A stretch of DNA of 63,013 nucleotides from a virus. Lineage: Duplodnaviria; Caudoviricetes. The position numbers and the translations under genes are program-made. The stretch spans positions 1 through 63,013 of IMG/VR virus record IMGVR_UViG_3300037961_003042. One strand, written 5' to 3'. Within the stretch, counting starts at the first letter, position 1. Each line of letters opens with the position of its first letter. Below are positions 31,372 to 41,184 of the stretch, one piece after another. The notes under the pieces were generated by a model. That model had not been told where the DNA came from, ran no database searches, and saw nothing but the letters and a program-made list of their open reading frames with translations.

Positions 31372-32083
31372 AGAATTGTTCATCGCCTATGATATATTTA
31401 TTATAATATTCTATTGCCTTCAACACATTATCTTCGCCATGTTGTTTTGCCCAGTCCGAAGTAACTTGATATTTGCCTAACACTTTTGTTTTTTTACAAG
31501 CCACAAAAAATACCACTGGCTTTCCAAACATTTTTTCATACAGCCAAGCTTGACAAGAGTAATAGTAGTCCTTAAAACTATATTCAAACCTTTGTATGTT
31601 ACTACTTGTCTTTATGTCAATTACAGAATGTGGTGTTACAACATCAGCTTTTCCTTTCCAAATAGTATTTTGAATTTTAATTAGGCCAGGAGTTTCATAT
31701 GTGTTTAGATCATCATATATATATGGAGCAAACTCATCATTGCTTTGCATTATATTTGCCAACTCCATTGCGAGTTGGTGTTCCTCTACCGTAAGAACCA
31801 TTTTGTTTTCTTTCCAAGCCTCTTTAAATTTATTTGTTCTTCTTGACTTAACATCAATAAAATCATAAAGCTCTGCCTTATATGGCTCTAACATCAATGC
31901 ATGAAAGTAAGTACCAAATTCTAAATTTGCAATACTTAAATGATCGTAAACCTCATCATTATAAAAATCGTAAGGAGCATTTATTATAGTGTCAATTTTG
32001 GATTGAGATAAAAATTGTTTACCATATTCCCCATAGTAATCCTCATCATTATTTAATCTTTCAAGTATTTCTTTTTCGCTCAT
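31352..32083 (-). CDS. PD-(D/E)XK exonuclease (RecE/DUF3799-like)
   Basis: LSQSKI, FGTYFHALMLEP, KGKADVV...IDIKTS, YSCQAWLY. Confidence 0.8.
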   Translation of the reverse strand: MSEKEILERLNNDEDYYGEYGKQFLSQSKIDTIINAPYDFYNDEVYDHLSIANLEFGTYFHALMLEPYKAELYDFIDVKSRRTNKFKEAWKENKMVLTVEEHQLAMELANIMQSNDEFAPYIYDDLNTYETPGLIKIQNTIWKGKADVVTPHSVIDIKTSSNIQRFEYSFKDYYYSCQAWLYEKMFGKPVVFFVACKKTKVLGKYQVTSDWAKQHGEDNVLKAIEYYNKYIIGDEQFYVEKDL

Positions 32084-32130
32084 TTGAATTAAGTATTAGA
32101 TTAATATTTGATTGCATTATCCAGTCCGTA

Positions 32131-32790
32131 CTATTTTCTAGTTTGCTTAACAGACTTTGTATTTCCTTTAGTTTTTTCTTGTTCATCTTTTATTTTGTTG
32201 AGTTCTTCTTTTAGTTTTTGTAATGTTTTTGGATCAGGATTGTGTTTGTTTTTTACTGATTTTAATACAGCTTCAACACTATGACCTAAATTTTTTCTAT
32301 AAACATCAAGTGTGTTTTGAAATTTTGCAGATCCATATATGTAGGCATCTTCTATTTTTTCTATAACAACAGGCTCGATTACCTTTTCGCTTACATCTAC
32401 CAAATCTTCTCCAGCCCACAATGAAAGCCCCAATCCATGCATTGCTATTGCCTTAACTGTGCTTCTTTGAATAGCTTTTTGGACATGTTTTGAACTGATA
32501 CGATCAATAGTAAGTGATTCATTTTTGTTTGTATAAATAGGCAGATAATCTATATGCTCTAATCCGTTGATTGTAACACCAACTTTTACATATCCTGTTT
32601 TGCCATCAGTAAAATAATTTAAACCTGTGTGTTCACTTTCGTAAACTGTTCTAACAGAATCAGGATATTTGTCTTTGACTATTGCCCAAGCATAAGCCCA
32701 AGATAAATAATCAAATTGTGTTTTCTTTTGCACCTTATCACGTATGTCAATAGATGCAAGCTCTTTAAATGTTGATTTCATTTTTCCCAT
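32131..32790 (-). CDS. Sak/DUF1071-like single-strand annealing protein
   Basis: FDYLSWAYAW...VKVGVTING...AIQRSTVKAIAMHGLGLSLWAGED. Confidence 0.85.
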   Translation of the reverse strand: MGKMKSTFKELASIDIRDKVQKKTQFDYLSWAYAWAIVKDKYPDSVRTVYESEHTGLNYFTDGKTGYVKVGVTINGLEHIDYLPIYTNKNESLTIDRISSKHVQKAIQRSTVKAIAMHGLGLSLWAGEDLVDVSEKVIEPVVIEKIEDAYIYGSAKFQNTLDVYRKNLGHSVEAVLKSVKNKHNPDPKTLQKLKEELNKIKDEQEKTKGNTKSVKQTRK

Positions 32791-33184
32791 TATTAATTAA
32801 TTTTTCTTTATAATTTTTTGCTTCAAGAAACTTTTTTAAAACTTTACCCCTCATGTCTTTCAATGAATTGTAATGCCTAGTATTGTTTCTTATGTTTATT
32901 TCTAGTTGAATTTTATTTGCTATCCTGTCCAAACTATTTTGCAGATTGTCAGTCATTACATTATATACTCCATATTCAAACCCATGTTCTTCAAACATTT
33001 TGTATTGATCTTCTGTAATCTCTTGATAAAAATCGCCTTTCATTTTGGTATTAAAAATCCTAAACACACCATTGCATTTCATAATCTTTACACCTTTATA
33101 TATATATGAATCACACTCCTTATCAAACAAAGATGCTACTCCATGTTGTTTTTGCGCTTGTTTCCAAACCTCTTCTCTAGTCAT
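32765..33184 (-). CDS. Hypothetical protein
   Basis: 139 aa, coupled in operon. Confidence 0.55.
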   Translation of the reverse strand: MTREEVWKQAQKQHGVASLFDKECDSYIYKGVKIMKCNGVFRIFNTKMKGDFYQEITEDQYKMFEEHGFEYGVYNVMTDNLQNSLDRIANKIQLEINIRNNTRHYNSLKDMRGKVLKKFLEAKNYKEKLINNGKNEINI

Positions 33185-33470
33185 TTATAATCTTGTTGAT
33201 TAGTTGTTTCCAGTCAGGATCTGTATTGATTAAGTCCTCGACTTTTGCTTTACCTCTAGTGATCTGACTATCATCAAGTTCAAGTCCATTTTCTTTACAC
33301 CTTTCAAGAATAAAGTTACCCCTCATGTTTCTTTGAGCGCATAAATAAAACAATAAATCTCGTGCTTCAACATTCTCTCTCTTTCGAGTTTTAGTAAAAA
33401 TGTCATCTTTGGAAATTTCAAGTACATCTTCCACTACTTCGACATACTTATCAAATATTTTTCTTTTCAT
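33177..33470 (-). CDS. DnaA C-terminal (domain IV)-like DNA-binding protein
   Basis: LEISKDDIFTKTRKRENVEARDLLFYLC resembles the DnaA domain IV basic loop/helix. Confidence 0.6.
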   Translation of the reverse strand: MKRKIFDKYVEVVEDVLEISKDDIFTKTRKRENVEARDLLFYLCAQRNMRGNFILERCKENGLELDDSQITRGKAKVEDLINTDPDWKQLINKIIND

Positions 33471-33527
33471 TAAATTAAATTTTAGTCAAGCAAAATACAA
33501 AAATTTTGCAATAGTTCAAAATAAATT

Positions 33528-33650
33528 TTACATTAAATCTGCTCGAAAGCAATCATCAGAGCAGTAACCTTCTTTGGCAATAGGTTTTTCACAATGCATA
33601 CATGTATAGTCGGGATCATTCCACCCTCTATATTCATGCTCTTGCCACAC
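33528..33650 (-). CDS. Small zinc-finger protein (not in ORF track)
   Basis: CMHCEKPIAKEGYCSDDC; GTG start. Confidence 0.5.
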   Translation of the reverse strand: MWQEHEYRGWNDPDYTCMHCEKPIAKEGYCSDDCFRADLM

Positions 33651-33877
33651 TAACCAACTATCGTAGTCCATAATTTATATATCATCGTTAATAAAATTAA
33701 GATTAAAATTCCAAAAAAACTAATCGCACAACCAATCGTGTCCTTTTGTCTTTCAACCTTTCTCTCTGTTCTGATTCGGATTGTTTTTAGATCTCTAATA
33801 ATTCTTTGCAGTTTGTTTCTGTCTTTTGTATCAACAAAGTCCAGTGTCTGTTGTAATGTCTGTATTATTTTTTTCAT
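33650..33877 (-). CDS. Small membrane protein
   Basis: C-terminal TM segment AISFFGILILILLTMIY. Confidence 0.5.
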   Translation of the reverse strand: MKKIIQTLQQTLDFVDTKDRNKLQRIIRDLKTIRIRTERKVERQKDTIGCAISFFGILILILLTMIYKLWTTIVG

Positions 33878-34035
33878 ATAATTTTACTTTAGTGTGAGTT
33901 TCGTTATAATAATATAAATCAAGTTCTTCGTTGTCATCATACTCTACAACAACGACATCACCAGTGTCGTGATTAAAAGCATAGTCATAAAGTTTTATTT
34001 CACCTTCTTGAACTATCCAGAAATCCCCAAAGTTA

Positions 34036-34251
34036 TCAATCAGCTTTCTCATCTTGCATTTCATCTTGTATCGTTTCTTCCATATAATCCGCATGAACAC
34101 ACGCTTCATTATATATGTTGGTCGATTGTTGTTGTACATAGTCAACGAAATCATTGTACCAATCTAATCGTTGCTTTAAGTTTTTGTTCTCTGTTTGCAA
34201 TGCCTCAATCATTTGTCTGTATTGTTGCATTAAATCTTCTTTACTTGTCAT
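34036..34251 (-). CDS. Hypothetical early protein
   Basis: 71 aa, ATGA-coupled. Confidence 0.55.
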   Translation of the reverse strand: MTSKEDLMQQYRQMIEALQTENKNLKQRLDWYNDFVDYVQQQSTNIYNEACVHADYMEETIQDEMQDEKAD

Positions 34252-34469
34252 TGGTTTGTTTTTAAAATTTGTTGTGCATGTTCATCAGTAATTCTTGTAC
34301 TTGTTATATCATACACAAATGAATAATATTCTTTTCCTCTGTTGCCACAATCATTGCACTCATACGGGTAATATCCGTAATCGCCCTCAAACACAAAGGT
34401 ATCATAATTTATGTCATGGCTTTTACATACGGGGCATTGCCCCTTTGATTTACTCATATAGTTTTCCAT
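34248..34469 (-). CDS. Zinc-ribbon protein
   Basis: CPVC...CNDC. Confidence 0.6.
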   Translation of the reverse strand: MENYMSKSKGQCPVCKSHDINYDTFVFEGDYGYYPYECNDCGNRGKEYYSFVYDITSTRITDEHAQQILKTNQ

Positions 34470-35797
34470 TATAAATGCCCCCCCGTTTTTAGATCCTCAC
34501 ATTCAAATCGCCATTCAGATTCTGATCCATATTCTTCCATTCCGTTATTACATTCTATTCCAAATCCATATTCTATCTCTGCTTTCAGCATTGCTTCATC
34601 TATCTTGGTGTCAATATCTTGTCTTGTGTCTAGGTAATCGTGTATTGTTTCTGTTGTTAGTGTATCTGGCACATCAATTTCTATCTCTGCAAATTTATGA
34701 TACACACTTCGTTGTTGAATTTTTACTTTCATTTTATTTATTTTAAATTATTGATTCTGTTACTATTAATGAGTGTTCTTTAGCCACTTCTTTTAATACA
34801 TCTAAACATTGTAAATACACTTCTTCATCTTCAAATGTTGCCACCTTTTCACTATAATATGAATCAGAAGAAAGATTGGGTGTTTCAAAATATACTACGA
34901 CCATTTTATTTTTAAATTTAAATCGGTTATTAATAAGTGTTCTATTTCATCATATTTATTGTTGAAATATTCTTGTGCTTCAGGCGAATATTCAAAATAT
35001 TCAAGTACCGCCTGATCATCTTGTTTGGCTATCCAAGTATTTTCCCCAAACCTTTCTGTCGTTATTTGACAAGCGACTTCGGTTACTACTTGTTTAAATG
35101 TTTCGTTATCTATTTTATTCATGGTTGTTGGGTTTTTTTAATTTTATGTAATTCAAATTTATGTAAAGAATTTATTGTTATTTCTTTTACATTTTCAAAT
35201 ATTTTTTCTAATCTTTCCAATTCTTCTTCTTCTAATATATCGTGCCAATGTATTAAAGCCCATAATTGATCAAGATTGGTATCACTTTCTTCGTTAAAAA
35301 ATTTTTTTAGAGTGTCAATTATAAATTCTCTTTCTTTAAAGGTATATATTTCAAATGTTCTCATAGGTTGTTGGGTTTTAAGAGATTTAGAGAAAGAAAC
35401 ACGCCAAACAGAATCTTATTACGTTGTTGATTTAGCCGAACAACAACTCCTTATCTCAATTAACAATTAAACTAAACTTATCATGAAAATCACAATAATA
35501 TTTTAATTTCTTGAACAGATACATCATCATATCCGTTTACTTTGTACTCAAAAGCTAAATTTTTTGCTTTCTTATGAGTGAGCAGATAATCGTTTACTTC
35601 TGTACCGCCCACCCATACAGAATATTTTTTAATATCTTTCATAGGTTGTTTTGTTTAAATTTTAAATATTTAGATCTAATTTCTTCTTTAATTTCTTTTT
35701 GAGTTTTCCACCCATGCGGTATTCCGTTTTCATCATATTTCTGATACTCAATATCACAGAAAAAAAAGTCGCCTATAATTAAGTTTGTGTTTCCCAT
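34469..35797 (-). other. Run of small early ORFs (34469-34732, 34743-34904, 34895-35122, 35119-35364, 35490-35642, 35639-35797)
   Basis: Tightly packed ATG-initiated minus-strand ORFs of 50-87 aa; several were read manually below the track cutoff. Confidence 0.6.
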
Positions 35798-35814
35798 AGT
35801 TGTTCGGTTTTATA

Positions 35815-36288
35815 CTACCAGCTTGACTGATAATAATATTCTTCATCTTTACTTAAATCTTTTAACTGCTCAATAGTGCTTTCAATGTCAGTCATATATT
35901 CCTCTGCATATTCATAGTTGAGGATTGATACGGAAATGAAGAAGTTAGGTAAAACTTCTTTAGCTAGTTTTTCAAATTCTTCTGAAGCCCCATATTGTTC
36001 AAACAATTCTTTTACTCCAACACATATTTTATATAGTTCGACAAGTTGCTGATAATCTACATAGTATTGCGCGCAATTATCAACGCCCTCTTGCACATTT
36101 TCAATAAACCATTGATGAATCATATTTGCATTGCGCCAATACGCCACCTCTAATTCTACATGCTTTGCTTTTTTTGTGTCAATTTTTTTACCACCTATTT
36201 TAAGTGATAGTTTAGATCTATATTCTTTTGAGGTGTGTTCCCAATTTTTTATATAAATCTTTTTAGTTAAGTACATATCTAGTCCCAT
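35815..36288 (-). CDS. Widespread phage protein of unknown function (GLDMYL...YWRxAN family)
   Basis: MGLDMYL, VAYWRNANMIHQWF, YYYQSSW. Confidence 0.7.
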   Translation of the reverse strand: MGLDMYLTKKIYIKNWEHTSKEYRSKLSLKIGGKKIDTKKAKHVELEVAYWRNANMIHQWFIENVQEGVDNCAQYYVDYQQLVELYKICVGVKELFEQYGASEEFEKLAKEVLPNFFISVSILNYEYAEEYMTDIESTIEQLKDLSKDEEYYYQSSW

Positions 36289-36290
36289 AG

Positions 36291-38998
36291 TTATTTAGTT
36301 TTGGTTAAAATTTTTAATAATGTAATTAAATCTATCGAGTAGAAATTTTTATAATCTTCTGGTTCTTCTTGTTGATAGCATTTAAGTCCGTTGTATTGTA
36401 TATATATATGTAGTAGTTTTTCAAATGCAATATCTTCATAGTAACATTCAATTTCTTTTTCTGTTCCTACTTCACAAGCCATATCAACTTGCATACAATA
36501 TTTTTTCATAGAATTTAAATCCATAGTTATTTGATTTCTTTAATTACACTTCCGCCATACCACGAGGCATATTCTTTTGCTTCATCTAAATTGTGTGCGT
36601 GAATGTAGAATATTTCGTTGTGTTCTATACATTGATAAGTTTTTTGTTTTTCCATAGTTTTAAGTTTTGAATTTTAAATGTAATACTTTTGTATTTAATT
36701 TGCAAGTTTTTTATTATTTATTTATAATGTTCTCTGTATAAATCTGCTCGATAGGAAACCTCACTACCGCTCACTAAAACATGAGTGTCATCATTCACTT
36801 CAACATATACACTTGTTTGATCGCTATCCGCCCATGCTATTATGTCGTTCATTTCAAACCATTTTAAAGCATCTTTTGTTTCTTTTATATATTTTTCCAT
36901 AGTTATTTAATTTTTAGTTATTGATAATCTTATTTCGTTTTGAGTTGGGTTTATTGCTACACAATCAATATGAAATTCGTATAAATCCTCATAAGCAGTC
37001 ATATCAAAAACCTCAACACATACTACATCATTGTTATTAAATTGTTTTAATTGTTTTATTAATTCTTTTACTTTCATAGTTATTTATTTTTATAATGTTC
37101 TAATATTCCTCTATCCATAGTTTCAAATCCTTTGAAAATTACTTTTCCATTATCATAATCTTCATAATATTTATTTAAATCATAAGGAAAGTTTTTGTTT
37201 GATGAGCAAGAGCAACAAAATCCTAACTCATTTCCTGTTTCCCCAATTACAAAATCATTTCCACACATTATACATATATCTGTTTGTTCACAATCATATA
37301 CCTCCTCCTCATTTGTTATTTTTCCCTCATCATAAAATCTTATTCTTGTGTCATAATCATCTTCAACTTCATATAAAGCAACACAAGTAGTTTTATCCTC
37401 TTTTACGCTTTCTACACAATCCATAAATCCTTGTAATGCATCTTCTTTATCATCATAATTCCCATAAGGAATACAATGTACCTCTGGATATTCTATTTTT
37501 TCTATCCAATATGTTTTCGTTTTATTTACTTCCATAGTTATTTAGTTTTTAGTTAATGTTTTATTAATTGACTTATTATTTCCATAGCTTTATATTTTTT
37601 TACATAATCAATATAGTAATCCTTGTAGTTTTTATTATTTAACCAATAATTGACACTACATTTTAATAAATCATTCGATTGAAAACAATTAGAAACTTCT
37701 TTTTCTTTATGTTTTTTCAAATAGTTATACTTATTTTTAAAATATTGAATTGTTTCCTTATCCAAATTGTAATAAGTATATCTATTTGCTTTTACTTTTG
37801 GTAGATAATCTTTTACTTTCATAGTTATTTAGTTATCTGATTTATTATTATTTGTTTTAATTCGTAAGGCAAATCATTTACTTGCACTACTTCTTCGTTT
37901 CCATAACAATCCTCTATTGCCTCATTTTTATCTGCAAACAAAACTATATCGCCATTACTCCATTTATAACAAGTATTGTTTGCCCTATCGTAAAGCACAT
38001 AATCATTAATTTTTAATAATTCTCTTTGCCTTTTCTTTTGTTCTACTCCTAAAAATCTTCTCATAGTTATTTGTTTAAATAATATTTTCCGTTTGTTTGA
38101 ATTAGATCTTGAACGAATAGATCTTTTTCTTTTGCTCTATCACAACACAACCAACAAGAGAATTTACATACATCACCATATTCATAAGGTGGTATTATTG
38201 CATGTAGATTTGTTAGTAGCCAATTTGATAAACTCATATCATAATTAATATTGTGTGTTGAGAATCTGACAAAATCTTGTTCCCTATCATCATGGTAGGT
38301 AACAATGATTTCTAAAAAATTTTCTTTTTCCATAATTATTTAGTTTTAGTTAATATTTTATTTAACACTTTTATCTCATTTTTCCAATTATCCCCATATT
38401 GTTCATTTTCTTCTAAAAAGACAATAATATTTTTGATTATATTTTTATCTACTTCGTTTTTATTTTTACTATTTGACTCTAATTTTTCTATATAAAACAT
38501 CAAGGCATTTATATAATATTGATCATCTTCTTTTAATTCTTCTAAACGAAAGCCATTGAAATAGTTAAAGGCATCATCTACTCTATCTATTAGAGCAGAT
38601 TTTTTTAATTTACTTAAATTTTCTTTCATATCTATTGTATTTAATTATTAAATTCTTTTTTATAGTAGTTATATAATTCTTTTTTGGTTTTAATTCTATT
38701 GGTATATTGAGAATCTTGTGTGGTATAATATCCATCTTTTGTTTTATGGACATTCCCACCTTTTAACCACTCTTCAAATTTTTTAATTCTATTAAGATGA
38801 ATACTTAAAAGAGTTTTACCTTTAATCATAAGTTTATTGTTCATATAGTTATCTATTTTGATTTTTAATTTTTTGGATTGCATATTCAACTGCATTACAA
38901 TAAATTGAATAATGGTTATCTCTTACATAGTTGTAAAAATGTTCATAATAAATTACATCTTCCTGTAATTCTTTTTTTGTTGGTTTTTTTAAATACAT
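36291..38998 (-). other. Array of small early ORFs (36291-36524, 36527-36655, 36718-36900, 36907-37077, 37080-37535, 37553-37822, 37825-38064, 38067-38333, 38336-38629, 38641-38844, 38849-38998)
   Basis: Contiguous minus-strand ORFs, most preceded by AAATAACTATG. Confidence 0.7.
36675..36706 (-). promoter_or_regulatory. Internal early promoter
   Basis: Minus strand CTTG-N20-TACATTTA, same spacing as the other early promoters. Confidence 0.55.
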
Positions 38999-39020
38999 AA
39001 TTTAATTGTTTTAAAGTTAG

Positions 39021-39063
39021 TTGATAAGGGGGGAGTCGAACCCCCCAGAAAACCATTTTATCA
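39021..39063 (-). ncRNA. tRNA-like minihelix (acceptor stem + T-arm mimic)
   Basis: UGAUAA-AAUGGUUUUCU-GGGGGG-UUCGACU-CCCCCC-UUAUCA-A; canonical T-loop; 6+6 bp helices; intergenic. Confidence 0.55.
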
Positions 39064-39064
39064 T

Positions 39065-39205
39065 TTAGAACATTAAGGCTATGTCTGAAGCAGTTAAATT
39101 GGTTAATAAATGATGAACTAGTAAAAGCCAAGTAAACACAACAAGTGAAGCAAGAGCGATTAAAAATCCGTTAATAATTCCGTTTAAAAGTTGTCGAGTT
39201 TTCAT
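39065..39205 (-). CDS. Small single-pass membrane protein (46 aa, not in ORF track)
   Basis: MKTRQLLNGIINGFLIALASLVVFTWLLLVHHLL... Confidence 0.55.
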   Translation of the reverse strand: MKTRQLLNGIINGFLIALASLVVFTWLLLVHHLLTNLTASDIALMF

Positions 39206-39217
39206 ATTGATTTAATT

Positions 39218-39646
39218 TTAAAGGTTATTATATTCTTTTAATCTTTTAGAGTAATTCGCCTCTTTATAACTTCTGTGTAAGTTATTAAAGAGCGTATATT
39301 GAGCGTGAAATAGCATATCCATTCCACAACCGCCAATGCGCCCATTTTCAGAAACTCCCGCAAGGGATAAAATATATTTATCTCTTATTACGCGTAGTTT
39401 ATTTTTATAAGTGTAGGCAAGTTTTATATTTCTACTCATTCCAGAACGCGAAACACTTAAAACGCCTGTGTAATAATTCCCCTTAATTAATGCGTTTTTA
39501 ATGCGAGTTAATTCGTTAGCATAATAATTGATATTGTCCTCCTTGTACTGCTCATCAGTATCAGAATAAATACCTCGTTTTTTAAAATCTTTAGTTCTTG
39601 CCTTGTTTATTTGTTCGGCAAGTTGTTGAATGTGTTTAGTAATCAT
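39218..39646 (-). CDS. Conserved hypothetical early phage protein
   Basis: SVSRSGMSRNI...GCGMDM motif. Confidence 0.65.
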   Translation of the reverse strand: MITKHIQQLAEQINKARTKDFKKRGIYSDTDEQYKEDNINYYANELTRIKNALIKGNYYTGVLSVSRSGMSRNIKLAYTYKNKLRVIRDKYILSLAGVSENGRIGGCGMDMLFHAQYTLFNNLHRSYKEANYSKRLKEYNNL

Positions 39647-39674
39647 AATAATAAATTTTAATTGTTTTTGTTAT

Positions 39675-40114
39675 TTATCTTCTTCCAATTCTGTCGCTAT
39701 ATTTAAAGCTTAATAATAATAGTAATTGATTGTGCATTTCTTCAAGTTCGTCTTTAGAATTGATTGCATAATATTTTACATCTAACATCATTTTAACTCT
39801 TTCTAGCATTGCTTTCAATGATTCAACTGAAACATTTTTATACTTTTTTAAAATTGCTTTTCTCATTTGATTTGTAAATTGATTTTTCATGATCTTATTA
39901 TATTAAATTTAAAATGTGAGTTATTAAAAAAGCTATCATCTTTTAATCTTCTTTCTTTTTCTTCTGCCTTTTTGTAATCTTCTTTATACTCTTTGTTTGT
40001 TATTTCGTGCCTTGTAGTTTCTGAAGATTCAAACCTATGAGGCGATAAAGTAGAGGAAAAATAAACCCCTCTTTGTTTTTGCTCTTTTAAAAGCGGTAAA
40101 TAAATTTTTTTCAT
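39675..40114 (-). other. First two early ORFs (39887-40114, 39675-39890)
   Basis: ATGA-coupled, directly downstream of the strong promoter at 40237-40268. Confidence 0.6.
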
Positions 40115-40236
40115 TTTAATAAATTTTAATTGTTATTATTGAGAGGGTTAAAACCAATCTGTTCTGTCTGCTGTCGGTTTATACTTTTTGCCCTCTCTCA
40201 TTTTTCAACCTCTTTTGAGGGTTTAATTGTTGCTGA

Positions 40237-40268
40237 CAAAACTAAGTTATATTTATTTAGTATGCAAA
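40237..40268 (-). promoter_or_regulatory. Major early promoter
   Basis: Minus strand TTTG-N20-TAGTTTTG; adjacent tandem ATGCAAATAAA repeats. Confidence 0.8.
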
Positions 40269-40634
40269 TAAAATGCAAATAAAATGCATTTAACAGATTA
40301 AAAAAAGTTTTGTTTTACCCCCAATTTTGTTTATGCTTTTGGTTTTGGTGGGGGGTGTAACGCGAGGGAAGGGCAAGAGCGCACAAAGTCGGAAACTTTG
40401 CAGAACGTAGAACGTAACGAGGGGAAACCCCCACAGGAACGAGGGAAACCAACAGAGGCAACCCCTACCCCCTAGAAAAAAGCTAAAAAATCCACAAAAA
40501 AATTAATTTTTAGAGGCAAAACGGCTAAAAAAAATCGGTTTTAATTTTGGACTGCACATGCTGTAATATATATATAACCCGTTACCTCCACATATCTAAT
40601 ATTTTTTCGTATCTTTACAATAAATAAATACGTT

Positions 40635-40817
40635 ATGGACGGATTAACAATTAAAAACGGAAGACTAATCAACATGAGACCGGACGGTATGTCTGGAATA
40701 GAACAAGCTTCTCTATATAGACAACAAATGAAGAAGCAATACAAGATTGACATGATCGCAGACGGTATCGAAAGAGCTAAAATGCGTGAAGAAGGCCGAA
40801 GTTATTTCGGTATGTAA
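40635..40817 (+). CDS. Isolated 60-aa hypothetical protein
   Basis: Preceded by TATCTTTA (40610-40617) and followed by a terminator. Confidence 0.65.
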   Translation: MDGLTIKNGRLINMRPDGMSGIEQASLYRQQMKKQYKIDMIADGIERAKMREEGRSYFGM

Positions 40818-40846
40818 AATACTTTCCCAAGTTAGTTGAGTTTTGG

Positions 40847-40884
40847 AAAAAGAGTAGTGAAAAAAGTAGCTGCTCTTTTTTTTT
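40847..40884 (+). terminator. Rho-independent terminator
   Basis: AAAAAGAGTAG...CTGCTCTTTTTTTT. Confidence 0.6.
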
Positions 40885-40927
40885 CGAGAAAACACATGTA
40901 AAATTTTTGCGTAAACTATAGTGATTC

Positions 40928-41127
40928 GTGTCGACTTTTTCAATTCGTGTCGACTTGGTGTCAACTTTTTTTAGCCTTGACACTCTCTAACTACTTGATT
41001 ACTAATAAGTTATATTAATTAGTGTCGAAGTGTCGACTTTAACCTCAGTTTCTAGTAAAAAAAAAATAATATAAATAGAAAAAAAAATAAAAAGAAAGAT
41101 AGGGAGTGAAACTTGACACTGTGACAC
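40928..41127. repeat. Iteron-like GTGTC(G/A)A array flanking an A-rich tract; candidate replication origin
   Basis: Forward copies at 40928, 40947, 40958, 41022, 41030; inverted copies at 40977, 41113, 41121; A-tracts at 41057-41100. Confidence 0.65.
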
Positions 41128-41150
41128 TTTTTAATTTGAAAGTAATTGTA

Positions 41151-41158
41151 TATATTTG
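41151..41158 (+). promoter_or_regulatory. -7 element upstream of groEL
   Basis: TATATTTG. Confidence 0.55.
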
Positions 41159-41184
41159 TATATAATCAAATTTAATTTATTGTT

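Noticed and set aside
38943-39131. 62-aa ORF in the track, or a full tRNA gene at 39.0 kb
   Set aside because: The ORF has a non-ATG start and overlaps two better ORFs. There is no anticodon or D arm, so it is not a tRNA gene; reported as a minihelix instead.
40928-41127. CRISPR array or the minus-strand ORFs 40713-40964 and 40777-40983
   Set aside because: The repeats are only 7-8 bp, irregularly spaced and in both orientations. The ORFs are translations of the repeat and terminator sequence.
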